Origin: Bacillota bacterium
GTDB taxonomy: Bacteria; Bacillota_I; Bacilli_A; RF39; UBA660
Reading direction: 5' to 3'
Length of the DNA: 64,000 nt
Assembly (NCBI GenBank): GCA_015059495.1
Contig: SVAI01000001.1
Location: forward strand, 735,811-799,810
Of this stretch, positions 21,087 through 30,251 are shown piece after piece. Each line of letters begins with the position of its first letter. Position 1 is the first letter of the stretch. Under the pieces are notes generated by a model that ran no database searches, had not been told where the DNA came from, and worked only from the letters and a program-made list of their open reading frames with translations. The position numbers and the translations under genes were made by a program.

Positions 21087-21144
21087 AAAAATTTCATATT
21101 TTTTACATATGAAATTTTTTTATAGATTTAAGGGAGGTATTTTT

Positions 21145-22065
21145 ATGCAAAAGAAAAAATTATTTTTGAAAGGAGAACCAAAACAAACAAAACAAAACAT
21201 TATTTTTATTGATAGTGATTCATTAGTTAAAACAGACACAAATGAATATACTAAACATGATATTAATAAAACTAAAGAATATTTATCAATAAAATATAAT
21301 GATTGTATATATGAGCAAATAAATTCTGAAGATTTAGCTAAATTCTTTTATGATATAGATAATATATCAGTTGGTATTTTAACTGAACTACTAGAACTAT
21401 TCTCTTCTAGTTTAGTTATAACATCTAAAGATAATAAAACAGATGAAGAAATAAAATCATTATTTAGATTATATGGTTTAGATAACTATATTATAGATAT
21501 AATTAGAACTAAAAATTATAATTCTAAATCAAATGATATTAAAGATTATGTTACATCAAATAACATTGAGAATTACATAGTATTTGATGAATATGATTAT
21601 ACTAAAGAATTAGGACATGCCTTTAGAAGAAAATCAGCATCTCTTAGAATTGAAGATATCAAATATAGTGAATTATTATTTAATAAAGATTTAAAAGTTA
21701 TTCAAGATGATACTACTATAAGATTATTATCTAATAATCAAGAAATAATATCATTAAAATATGTTAATTATAAAATACATAATTTAAATATCTTATATTT
21801 AGATTTACAAAGAATATATAATTATGAATATGAAGGTAAAGAATATATTGAATATTTAATTAACTATTTAACTATGACTAATAATGTAGATTATATATTA
21901 TTAGATATGAATCAAATACACGATGAAAACTTAAATATATCTGGTGCTCTAGATCATAATAATATTTATACTATTAATAAAACACATAATGATACCTTAC
22001 ACCAAATATCAGAATGTAAAAAGAAAATTATGAGAATACATGAAAAAGAAAAAAGTGTGATATAA
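21145..22065 (+). CDS. hypothetical protein
   Basis: The ORF track starts at 21079. I place the start at the ATG at 21145, which has an AGGGAGG RBS 8 nt upstream (MQKKKLFLKG...). No recognised domain. IIFIDSD and IVFDEYDY stretches. Confidence 0.4.
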   Translation: MQKKKLFLKGEPKQTKQNIIFIDSDSLVKTDTNEYTKHDINKTKEYLSIKYNDCIYEQINSEDLAKFFYDIDNISVGILTELLELFSSSLVITSKDNKTDEEIKSLFRLYGLDNYIIDIIRTKNYNSKSNDIKDYVTSNNIENYIVFDEYDYTKELGHAFRRKSASLRIEDIKYSELLFNKDLKVIQDDTTIRLLSNNQEIISLKYVNYKIHNLNILYLDLQRIYNYEYEGKEYIEYLINYLTMTNNVDYILLDMNQIHDENLNISGALDHNNIYTINKTHNDTLHQISECKKKIMRIHEKEKSVI

Positions 22066-22080
22066 ATCACACTTTTTATT
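22041..22080. terminator. bidirectional intrinsic terminator shared by the convergent hypothetical gene and rny
   Basis: GTGTGAT-ataa-ATCACAC hairpin with an A-run upstream and a T-run downstream. Both stop codons lie in or next to the hairpin. Confidence 0.6.
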
Positions 22081-23632
22081 TCGCTTCTTCTTGAGCTCTA
22101 GTTTCTCTAATTACTGTAATCTTAATAGTACCAGGATATTGCATTTCTGCTTCAATCTTTTCTTTCATATCTCTAGCAATCTTATAAGATGTAGCATCAT
22201 CAACTTTACCAGGTTCAACCATAACTCTAACTTCTCTACCTGCTTGCATTGCATATGTTTTTTCAACACCTTCAAAAGAATTACCAATTTCTTCTAATTG
22301 TTCTAATCTCTTGATATAGTTTTCTAAACTATCATTTCTTGCACCAGGACGAGATGCACTCATTGTATCTGCTACTTGAACTAAAACAGCAATAATACTC
22401 TTTTGTTCTTCATCACCATGATGTGATGCAATAGCATTAATAACAATATTATCTTCATGGAATTTCTTAGCAATATCTACACCAAGTTCAACATGAGATC
22501 CTTCAACTTCATAATCAATAGCTTTACCAATGTCATGAAGTAAACCAGCACGTTTAGCTAATGTAACATTTTCACCTAATTCACTAGCCATAATACCACA
22601 TAGTTCTGCAACTTCTTTTGAATGTTGTAAAACATTTTGACCATAACTAGTTCTGAAATTTAACTTACCAATTAAATGTACTAATTCTGGATCTACTTTA
22701 GTTAATCCAAGTTCATTAATTGTTTGGTTACCTAATTCAGTAATATGTGCATTAACATCATTACATACTTTATCATATAATTCTTCAATTCTAGCTGGAT
22801 GGATTCTACCATCTCTAATTAAAGTTTCAATGGTTACTTTAGCTATTTCTCTTCTTAATGGATCAAAAGATGATATAACAATAGCTTCAGGTGTATCATC
22901 AATAATTAAATCAACACCAGTAACTGCTTCAATAGTTCTAATATTTCTACCTTCTCTACCAATTAATCTACCTTTCATTTCATCATTAGGTAATGCAATT
23001 GTAGATACAGTTTGTTCAGATGTAACATCATTAGCATATCTTTGCATTGAAGATACAATTAAATTCTTAGCTTTTTCATTAGCTTGTAATTTAGCTTTAC
23101 CTTCTTCTTCTTGAATGTAAGTAGCTATTTCTTTAGACATTTCATCTTCTACTCTTTTCATGATTAAATCATGAGCTTTTTCTTTAGAAAACTTAGCAAT
23201 GTTTTCTAATTGTTTCATTTCTTCTTTTAGAAGTTCATCCATTTTATTTTCTTTTTCTTGCAACTCTTTTTGTTTAACTAATAAATCATTATCTTTTTTA
23301 TCTAAGTTGTCTACTCTAGTTTGTAACATTTCTTCTCTCTTATCAAGATTACGTTCTCTTTGTAGTAATTTATCTTCACTTTCTTTAAGTTCTTGTTTCT
23401 TTTCTCTAATTTCTTTATCAGTTTCTTGTTTTAATCTATAAGATTCTTCCTTTAATTCTAATAAAGCATCTCTTTTTTTCTTTTCAGCTTCCTTTGAAGC
23501 GTTCTCTATTAATTTATTAGCTTTACTCTCTGTTGTTTTATTTCTTATATAACCAATTATAAGTGCAATAACAACTCCAAGTAGTGTCCCAAGAAGAAGA
23601 GTTAAAATGGGCATCACATTAAACTTTTCCAT
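22076..23632 (-). CDS. rny: ribonuclease Y
   Basis: N-terminal TM, coiled coil, KH domain (LIGREGRNIR), HD domain (HDIGK). Confidence 0.9.
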   Translation of the reverse strand: MEKFNVMPILTLLLGTLLGVVIALIIGYIRNKTTESKANKLIENASKEAEKKKRDALLELKEESYRLKQETDKEIREKKQELKESEDKLLQRERNLDKREEMLQTRVDNLDKKDNDLLVKQKELQEKENKMDELLKEEMKQLENIAKFSKEKAHDLIMKRVEDEMSKEIATYIQEEEGKAKLQANEKAKNLIVSSMQRYANDVTSEQTVSTIALPNDEMKGRLIGREGRNIRTIEAVTGVDLIIDDTPEAIVISSFDPLRREIAKVTIETLIRDGRIHPARIEELYDKVCNDVNAHITELGNQTINELGLTKVDPELVHLIGKLNFRTSYGQNVLQHSKEVAELCGIMASELGENVTLAKRAGLLHDIGKAIDYEVEGSHVELGVDIAKKFHEDNIVINAIASHHGDEEQKSIIAVLVQVADTMSASRPGARNDSLENYIKRLEQLEEIGNSFEGVEKTYAMQAGREVRVMVEPGKVDDATSYKIARDMKEKIEAEMQYPGTIKITVIRETRAQEEAK

Positions 23633-23677
23633 ATATTCTCCTTCTTTATAATAGATTAAAGTAATCTATATATATTT

Positions 23678-23706
23678 ATTATAATGACTATTTGTACATT
23701 TATCAA
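23678..23706 (-). promoter_or_regulatory. sigma-A-type promoter for rny
   Basis: Minus strand TTGATA, 17-nt spacer, TATAAT. Confidence 0.45.
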
Positions 23707-23740
23707 GGAAAAAAGGAAAATACTCATGTAAAGACATTAT

Positions 23741-23772
23741 TTGTTGAATATATATAAATTATGTGATATAAA
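23741..23772 (+). promoter_or_regulatory. promoter of convergent small RNA (locus 1)
   Basis: TTGTTG, 17 nt, TGaTATAAA (extended -10). Confidence 0.4.
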
Positions 23773-23779
23773 TTAATTA

Positions 23780-23884
23780 AGGACGACATCCAAACATTAA
23801 TACTGTTCAGGTGTTGTGCCGTATTTTTGGTTTAGCACTCACTGACCAAAACCCCCGTGGGTTAAATCAGTGAGTGCTTTTTTT
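23780..23884 (+). ncRNA. candidate ~105-nt small RNA ending in an intrinsic terminator that abuts the stop codon of the convergent peptide gene (putative type I antitoxin)
   Basis: No ORF. The 5' end begins AAGGACGACAUCC. The 3' end is a 12-bp stem AGCACTCACTGA / TCAGTGAGTGCT (23834..23878) followed by T7. Confidence 0.35.
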
Positions 23885-23963
23885 ATCTATAAATTATAAT
23901 ACCTAGTAAGGTAAAAATAACAACAAATAATAAGATTATTATAAAGTAAACTTTATTACTCAT
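23883..23963 (-). CDS. 26-aa hydrophobic peptide MSNKVYFIIILLFVVIFTLLGIIIYR (putative type I toxin-like membrane peptide)
   Basis: Not in the ORF track. GGAGGG RBS 8 nt upstream of the ATG. An upstream CCUUUC...GGAAGG hairpin can sequester the SD. A paralogue is at 35881..35949. Confidence 0.45.
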   Translation of the reverse strand: MSNKVYFIIILLFVVIFTLLGIIIYR

Positions 23964-24035
23964 AATTATCCCTCCTTCCTTTTAAAGAAAGGCACAAGCA
24001 CACCTGATTTGTATTACATCAGATGCGTCTTTTTT

Positions 24036-24064
24036 CTTATATCACAAGTAATAACAAAAGACAA
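24036..24064 (-). promoter_or_regulatory. promoter for the hydrophobic-peptide mRNA (locus 1)
   Basis: Minus strand TTGTCT, 17 nt, TGaTATAAG. The predicted transcript starts AAGACGCAUCUG. Confidence 0.4.
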
Positions 24065-24186
24065 ATTTCAAAAATATACTCAAACTTAAACAGTTATTTA
24101 ATTATCCATAGATAAAAAAGAATTTATTGATATTAATAAATCTTAATAAATATCTTATTGAACATATTTTCATTCAAAAAATACAA

Positions 24187-24216
24187 TAAAAAAAGTGTAA
24201 TTTTTTACACTTTTTT
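24187..24216. terminator. bidirectional terminator after the PBP gene
   Basis: GTGTAA-tttt-TTACAC hairpin flanked by A and T runs. Confidence 0.5.
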
Positions 24217-24219
24217 ACG

Positions 24220-26121
24220 TTAACTTGTATATAATTTTGAATTAGTTTGAAATAATACTTTGGATAACTTAGCTGCTAAAATCTTTCTACCTACAGTACC
24301 ATCATTAGTAGACATATAGTATTGATGAGATATTTTATCATATCCATACCATAATGCTATTGAATATTCTCTTGAGTATAAACATGCCCAAGAATCTAAA
24401 ATAGCATCTGCAGATAAATTATATTGTCTAATAGCAGTACCACCAACAGTCGATGTTCCAGTCTTAACTGCAACTTCAGTGTTTAAATGATCTATCTTAC
24501 CAATAGCACCTTGGTTTAATGCATATATTAAAATATCATTAATATATTTAGCAGTTTGTAAAGAACATATTTGTGTTCTTTTTATTGTTCTATTATATTC
24601 AATACCTGTTTGTCTATATACTATTTTTGTATATGAGTAAGGTTCAATATAATAACCACCTCTGGCATAAGCACCATATGCTGCGGACATAGTAAGTGGT
24701 GAAACACCTTCAAAAGCTCCAATCGAAGCAGATTCATATAAATTAGGTCCATAATCTATTCCAAAAGAATGAACATAATTAGCAATCTTATTTTTATCCA
24801 CTTGTTGAAATGCTCTTAAAGCAGGTATATTTCTAGATTGAGCTAAAGCTTCTTTAATAGTCATGTTACCTCTATATTGTCTATCAGCATCAGTTATAGG
24901 TGTACCATCTGAATAAGTATATGGTGTATCAGCTAACACTGTACTTGGTGTTGCACCATTATATTCAAATAAAGGTCCATAATCCATAAATGGTTTTATA
25001 GTAGAACCAGGATGTCTTTTAATCATAGTCGCATAATTATATTGTCTAACACCAGTCTTATTTCTACCTGCACCAATTGCAAGTATAGCACCATTATCAA
25101 CACTAGTAATTGCAATACCAGTTTGAATAACATTATCTTTAAAATTTTTAGAATTATTCATTATTTTATTAACAGTAACTTGAATATCAGGATTTAAAGT
25201 TGTATGTATAACCATAGGAACAACATATGGATTATTACCAGTTTCCTTAATTACTTGATCTACTAAAGTATCAATAAAATCTTGATAAGTATTATTATTT
25301 TCTTTATTCTTATCTAACATAGATTCAACAGTAATCTTCTTAGCATCTGCTCTTTGTTCATCGCTAATATATCCATGTCTATACATTAAATCTAATACTG
25401 TATTCTTTCTTTGTTCACATGCTTCAATATCATTATATGGATCATAGGTATAAGGTAAATTAAATAATCCCGCAAGCATCGCAGATTCACTTAATGTTAA
25501 ATCACTAACATTCTTACCAAAATAAGTAAGTGATGCCTGTTTAACACCATATGAATAAGCACCTAAATACTGAGCATTAACATAATATTCTAATATTTCT
25601 TCTTTAGTATACTCTTTTTCAATTTTAAATACTGAAATATAAATATCAGTAAACTTTCTAACTATTCCTTCTATACCTCTAGATTCAGTTGAAGTAAAGA
25701 AGTTCTTTGATAACTGCATAGTAATAGTTGAAGCTCCACCTGCTTTATCATTACCAGATAGTTGTCCTAAAGAAGCTTTAACAAATCTAGGTAAATCAAA
25801 ACCTTTATGTTCAAAGAATCTTGAATCTTCAGCAGATATAATAGCATCAATTAATACTTGTGGTAATTCTTCATATTTAACTAATTCTCTATTTTGTTCA
25901 CCAAGTCTAGCAAACTCAGTATTATCATTATATAAAAGTACAGTTGATTCTTTAGTATATAAATTATCAGGATTAAATTCAGGAGCATTAGTAGCTATGT
26001 AATCAAAGAATAACAAAGCACTAAAAAAAGTAATTATAATAAGACTTAATATAATTTTTAAAAAAATATGTTTCTTCTTTTTCTTAACTACTTTTAGTCT
26101 TGGTAATTCTCTTGGACTCAT
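24220..26121 (-). CDS. class A penicillin-binding protein (glycosyltransferase + transpeptidase)
   Basis: Signal anchor, GT51 motifs (EDSRFFEHKGFD, GASTITMQL), transpeptidase STIKP (SxxK) and KTGTS (KTG). Confidence 0.8.
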   Translation of the reverse strand: MSPRELPRLKVVKKKKKHIFLKIILSLIIITFFSALLFFDYIATNAPEFNPDNLYTKESTVLLYNDNTEFARLGEQNRELVKYEELPQVLIDAIISAEDSRFFEHKGFDLPRFVKASLGQLSGNDKAGGASTITMQLSKNFFTSTESRGIEGIVRKFTDIYISVFKIEKEYTKEEILEYYVNAQYLGAYSYGVKQASLTYFGKNVSDLTLSESAMLAGLFNLPYTYDPYNDIEACEQRKNTVLDLMYRHGYISDEQRADAKKITVESMLDKNKENNNTYQDFIDTLVDQVIKETGNNPYVVPMVIHTTLNPDIQVTVNKIMNNSKNFKDNVIQTGIAITSVDNGAILAIGAGRNKTGVRQYNYATMIKRHPGSTIKPFMDYGPLFEYNGATPSTVLADTPYTYSDGTPITDADRQYRGNMTIKEALAQSRNIPALRAFQQVDKNKIANYVHSFGIDYGPNLYESASIGAFEGVSPLTMSAAYGAYARGGYYIEPYSYTKIVYRQTGIEYNRTIKRTQICSLQTAKYINDILIYALNQGAIGKIDHLNTEVAVKTGTSTVGGTAIRQYNLSADAILDSWACLYSREYSIALWYGYDKISHQYYMSTNDGTVGRKILAAKLSKVLFQTNSKLYTS

Positions 26122-26138
26122 AACTACACCCCCTTAAA

Positions 26139-26732
26139 CTATTTTTTAATTAATTTTCTAGTGGTTCTATAATAAGTTGTTCCATCATAATCTTTAGAAT
26201 CAGCTTTATCTACATCATAATATACACAATAATCTTTTAAATCTTCAAAAGTATCTGAATCATATGTTCTACATACACCATTATAATAATTAAAGTCATC
26301 TTCTTCAAAGATATATAATCCATTATCAATGATGTATTCATATATAATTCTACCATCACTAGTATAATACTTATCTCCAAATTTTACATATTCAATATCA
26401 CTATTAGATACATAATCACAAATGTAATCACCATTTGTATATTCAAGACCTCCATCTAATGTAGTGTAATTTGTATAATCTGAATCTACAAACGCAGTTT
26501 TTCCATAAGTATTATCATCAATTAATTGTTGGGCATTCTTCTTATAAAAACCATCAATTTTTTCTTCATTTTGTTTTTTTATATCGAAATATCTTAAACA
26601 AGTAATAGAACCAAAGACAATTTCTAAAGCAACAATACCTGCAATTATAAATGTTCTTTTTTCATTTTTATCCATAGTTGCCACCCCTTTTTTGATGAAC
26701 TTTATTATAAATCTAATAAAATAAAAAAACAA
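26139..26732 (-). CDS. membrane-anchored hypothetical protein
   Basis: 197 aa. One TM helix after residue 25. Tyr/Asp-rich ectodomain. Confidence 0.35.
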   Translation of the reverse strand: MFFYFIRFIIKFIKKGVATMDKNEKRTFIIAGIVALEIVFGSITCLRYFDIKKQNEEKIDGFYKKNAQQLIDDNTYGKTAFVDSDYTNYTTLDGGLEYTNGDYICDYVSNSDIEYVKFGDKYYTSDGRIIYEYIIDNGLYIFEEDDFNYYNGVCRTYDSDTFEDLKDYCVYYDVDKADSKDYDGTTYYRTTRKLIKK

Positions 26733-26750
26733 GATATAATCTTGTATATT

Positions 26751-27236
26751 TTAACAATTATTTTTAAGCAAAAATATATTATACTCTTTATTCCTATCAA
26801 GTAATTTAATAATTAAATCATGTTTTAGATTATTATTAATACTTAATACTTTATAACATAAATCATTATCTAAATATTTTATATTAACAATATCATTTAT
26901 TCTAATATCATTAACATCCAAATTATTAGTACTAGAATATATAATCGAATTATTATTATTTAATAAATCACCATAAGTATCTAAAAAGAACTCACCATTA
27001 TTACTATCCATATTTAAATAATTATGATCTAAATAATATTTATTATCTAATCCTTGCATTAATTTCCTATCAATATTTAATAATGGTATTTTAATAATAC
27101 CTATTTCATAATCATTACTATAAGATATTACTTCATATGAATTAGAATACTTAATATTATCTTTTAAATAAAAATAACCAAATAAAGAAATAACACTAAT
27201 ACTAACTATATATAATTTAAATTTCATTAATATCAC
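26751..27236 (-). CDS. hypothetical protein with N-terminal signal/anchor
   Basis: 161 aa. No domain recognised. Confidence 0.35.
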   Translation of the reverse strand: MILMKFKLYIVSISVISLFGYFYLKDNIKYSNSYEVISYSNDYEIGIIKIPLLNIDRKLMQGLDNKYYLDHNYLNMDSNNGEFFLDTYGDLLNNNNSIIYSSTNNLDVNDIRINDIVNIKYLDNDLCYKVLSINNNLKHDLIIKLLDRNKEYNIFLLKNNC

Positions 27237-27597
27237 CAGATTAATAGTAACATAATGAAACCAAAAAAAATGTCAAAAAAAAAGTATGATAATCTGTCAA
27301 AATATCATACCCTATGTGAGAAGAATGAATTAAATAGTAAATTGACAGATTTACTAATCAATCTCTCATCTGTTAGGTCACATAAACCCATGTAATTACA
27401 TACTTAATAGTAGACGAGAACTTAGCATTCACAAACAACCAATATAATCTATTAATAAAGATCATTAATAGAAAACACTAGTATACCGAGTAAGAACTCG
27501 CCAGTGTAAAATAAATTCTACATCAGCCAATTCTTACTACTTTCTCTATTAAGTGATTTAAGTATACAATAATATTTATAAAATGTCAATAGACATT

Positions 27598-28089
27598 TTA
27601 TAAAAAATTAAAAAAATTTTTCTTTGCGTCAATTATACACACAAATGATTGTTTATCTATGGACTTTATCAAGGATAATAAGCCTTTTACTTTCCTATTA
27701 TCTACTTCAATAAATAGCATCTTATTGTCATTATCAAGTGTCAATGAAGATAATCTATATCCATTATTTTTAATTATATTAATTTCTTTTTTCTTAATTA
27801 CTTTACTAACTATAAAAATACCTGAGTTACCACTGATAAAATAATTAGATATAAAAGATCCAATTAAAGTACCAAAGGCATAACCTAAAGAATAACATAC
27901 AGCAATCACTATATTAAATTCTTTATAAGTTAAAGCTTCTCTTGCTACAATATACCAAATTAAAACCTCAAAAAAAGCAATTATCACTGCTTTAATTGTA
28001 TTCTTTTTAACAATTTCAACAGTTCTAATTACTCCAAGTGTTACATCAAGTATTCTAGCAAAAAATATTTTTATACTTAAGTAAAACAT
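27598..28089 (-). CDS. UPF0316/DUF2179-like small membrane protein
   Basis: N-terminal TM helices with a conserved-looking LDVTLGVIRT motif and a soluble C-terminal domain. The architecture resembles the Bacillus UPF0316 family. Confidence 0.45.
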   Translation of the reverse strand: MFYLSIKIFFARILDVTLGVIRTVEIVKKNTIKAVIIAFFEVLIWYIVAREALTYKEFNIVIAVCYSLGYAFGTLIGSFISNYFISGNSGIFIVSKVIKKKEINIIKNNGYRLSSLTLDNDNKMLFIEVDNRKVKGLLSLIKSIDKQSFVCIIDAKKNFFNFL

Positions 28090-28101
28090 ATTATAATCAC
28101 C

Positions 28102-28365
28102 TTAAAATATCCAAGCTATTATAACTATTCCTAATAATATTAATAGAATAATAACATATGGTTTAATACTAATATGTTCCCCATTATTATCTAATCTATA
28201 CTTACTTTTTTCAAAACCTAACTTTTCTAATCTTTGCATGTATGGATTATTGACACCATTCATTTCTTTTCTCATCTCTAATTGCTCTTGACTCATTATC
28301 CTTTTACATTTAGGACATATTGGTGAATTCTTAGATAAAGCAGTTCCACAATACTTACAATGCAT
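28102..28365 (-). CDS. zinc-ribbon / TM small protein
   Basis: N-terminal CKYC...CPKC zinc ribbon and a C-terminal TM helix. Confidence 0.35.
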   Translation of the reverse strand: MHCKYCGTALSKNSPICPKCKRIMSQEQLEMRKEMNGVNNPYMQRLEKLGFEKSKYRLDNNGEHISIKPYVIILLILLGIVIIAWIF

Positions 28366-28367
28366 TA

Positions 28368-28880
28368 TTACTCACTCTCCTCAATAAAGTTTTTAGACTT
28401 ATGTGGCTCATCTCTTAAAAGATCTAAATAATCTTGTTGTCTTAATGCTTCATATAACATTATAGCAACACTATTAGAAACATTTAACGCTCTAACCTTA
28501 TCAGTCATAGGAATTCTCATGCAGTGATCTAAATGTGGTTTTAATAATTTTGGAGGAATACCAGTAGATTCCTTACCAAATATAAAATATATATTTTCAT
28601 CTTTATTAGAATAATCAAATGAAGTATGTGGTTTATGACCATATCTAGTTAAATAATAATAAGTACCTTTATTTTTAGAATAAAAGTCTTCAATATTTTC
28701 ATAAACCTCATAATCACAATATGGTATATAATTTACCCCACTTCTCTTAATATATTTTTCATCTAATGAAAAACCTAATGGTTTAATCAAATGTAATTTA
28801 GTATGTGTAGCAACACAAGTTCTCATAATATTACCAGTATTTTGTGGAATCTCTGGTTCAAATAAAACAATATTTAACAT
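28368..28880 (-). CDS. trmL: tRNA (cytidine/uridine-2'-O)-methyltransferase TrmL (SpoU family)
   Basis: 170 aa. The N-terminus LNIVLFEPEIPQNTGNIMRTCVATHTKLHLIKPLGFSLDEKYIKRSGVNY matches the TrmL/CspR SPOUT pattern. Confidence 0.7.
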   Translation of the reverse strand: MLNIVLFEPEIPQNTGNIMRTCVATHTKLHLIKPLGFSLDEKYIKRSGVNYIPYCDYEVYENIEDFYSKNKGTYYYLTRYGHKPHTSFDYSNKDENIYFIFGKESTGIPPKLLKPHLDHCMRIPMTDKVRALNVSNSVAIMLYEALRQQDYLDLLRDEPHKSKNFIEESE

Positions 28881-28924
28881 AATAACCTCCCTTAAAGAAA
28901 AAAAATAGTTATAGAACTATTTTT

Positions 28925-29740
28925 TTAAAAACCATTTCTATCTAATAAACTCTTAACATCATTAATATCAATTAATTTATCATCAATTCTAGTAATAATA
29001 TTTTCATTTCTAACAACATTTTCACTATTAACATAAACTATTGTTGGAACTTTAACTACTAAAGCATCACTAAATCCAAAAATTCTATTAACTTTTTCAA
29101 TTAAATTTTCTTCATTTTTGATATCATCAATATTAACATAATAGAATTTATCTTTAATATTTTTTTCTTCTAATAAACTAACTAGTTCTTTTTCAAATAA
29201 ATTTACTTCTTTATCATTATAAGTAATATAAATAAAATAATTACCATTTAATGCACTTAATTTAAATGAAGCATCTTTATAATCAATAATATTACTCTTA
29301 TCTAATCCACCTTTTGTTTCAATATATGATACTGGATCTTTCTTTTCAACAGGTACTTCTTTAATATTAGTTAATGAATCAACAAAACCAATTACCAAGA
29401 ATACAATAATTAAAGTATAAGATACTAGTAAGATACTTCTCATAACTAAATCTCTATTTAATGTATTTTCTTCAACCTTAGCTTTAGTTTCAACTTTAAC
29501 ACTTGGTCTAGCAATTGTTTTAGGTACACTAGCCTTTTTAGTTACAACTTTTGTCTTAGTTACTGTTCTTTTTACTGGAGCTTTTTTAACTACAGCTTTA
29601 GTAGCAACTTTAGCAGTACTTTTCTTTGGCGCACTTACTGTCTTTTTAGGAACAGCTTTAACTGCAGCATTAACGTTTTTTACAACTCTTTTATTATTAG
29701 ATTTTTTAGTAGCAGTTTTTTTACCATTTTCCATATTCAA
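28925..29740 (-). CDS. membrane protein with histone-H1-like lysine-rich N-terminal tail
   Basis: Roughly 85 aa of K/A/V/T-rich repeats (AVKAVPKKTVSAPKKSTAKVATKAVVKKAPVKR), then one TM helix and a C-terminal extracytoplasmic domain. Confidence 0.4.
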   Translation of the reverse strand: MNMENGKKTATKKSNNKRVVKNVNAAVKAVPKKTVSAPKKSTAKVATKAVVKKAPVKRTVTKTKVVTKKASVPKTIARPSVKVETKAKVEENTLNRDLVMRSILLVSYTLIIVFLVIGFVDSLTNIKEVPVEKKDPVSYIETKGGLDKSNIIDYKDASFKLSALNGNYFIYITYNDKEVNLFEKELVSLLEEKNIKDKFYYVNIDDIKNEENLIEKVNRIFGFSDALVVKVPTIVYVNSENVVRNENIITRIDDKLIDINDVKSLLDRNGF

Positions 29741-29837
29741 CCCTTACTTTCTTAAAATTATTTTATCACACATTAGGTAAAAGAACTAGTGGTAATTTAC
29801 CTAGATTTCATATTTTATAAAAGAAAGGAGAAATAAT

Positions 29838-30251
29838 ATGTTTTTTGATAATCAAAATGATTTAAATATTATTATTAATGATATATCTAATGATAATAAT
29901 ACCCTAACTAATGTAAAAGAAGGATTAATAAAAGGTAACATGTTTAATAAAGAATATATGCCTTATAAAAATATTGAGCCAAAATTAATTGAAGCTTTAA
30001 ATGAAGAATCTAAATTATTACTTAATATCTATGAATTAGATTTTGCTTTAATTGATTTATCACTATATCTAGACTTACATAAAGATGATGAAGATATCTA
30101 TAAAATATTTAAAATGTACCTAAATAAATATAATGATTATAAAAAATTATATGAAGAAAAATATTATATTTTATGCCAAGATAATACCTTAAAAGATACA
30201 TATACTTGGGTAGATAACTCAATAACTACTGGAGGTATAAAATATGTTTAA
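29838..30251 (+). CDS. CotJB-like protein (possibly CotJA-CotJB fusion)
   Basis: YELDFALIDLSLYLDLHKDDEDIYKIFKMYLNKYNDYKKLYEEKY resembles the CotJB motif (L-x-F-A-x-x-D-L-x-L-Y-L-D-T-H-P). It overlaps the CotJC-like gene by 8 nt. Confidence 0.5.
   Translation: MFFDNQNDLNIIINDISNDNNTLTNVKEGLIKGNMFNKEYMPYKNIEPKLIEALNEESKLLLNIYELDFALIDLSLYLDLHKDDEDIYKIFKMYLNKYNDYKKLYEEKYYILCQDNTLKDTYTWVDNSITTGGIKYV

Noticed and set aside
21079-21144. The long start (MNKKISYFLHMKFFYRFKGGIF) for the hypothetical gene after the GspE-like gene
   Set aside because: The translation overlaps the AGGGAGG RBS of the downstream ATG at 21145. The extension looks non-coding.
23834-23884. The terminator hairpin read as the rho-independent terminator of the minus-strand peptide mRNA
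   Set aside because: The U-run is only on the plus strand. On the minus strand the hairpin is followed by AAACC. It therefore terminates the convergent sRNA, not the peptide transcript.
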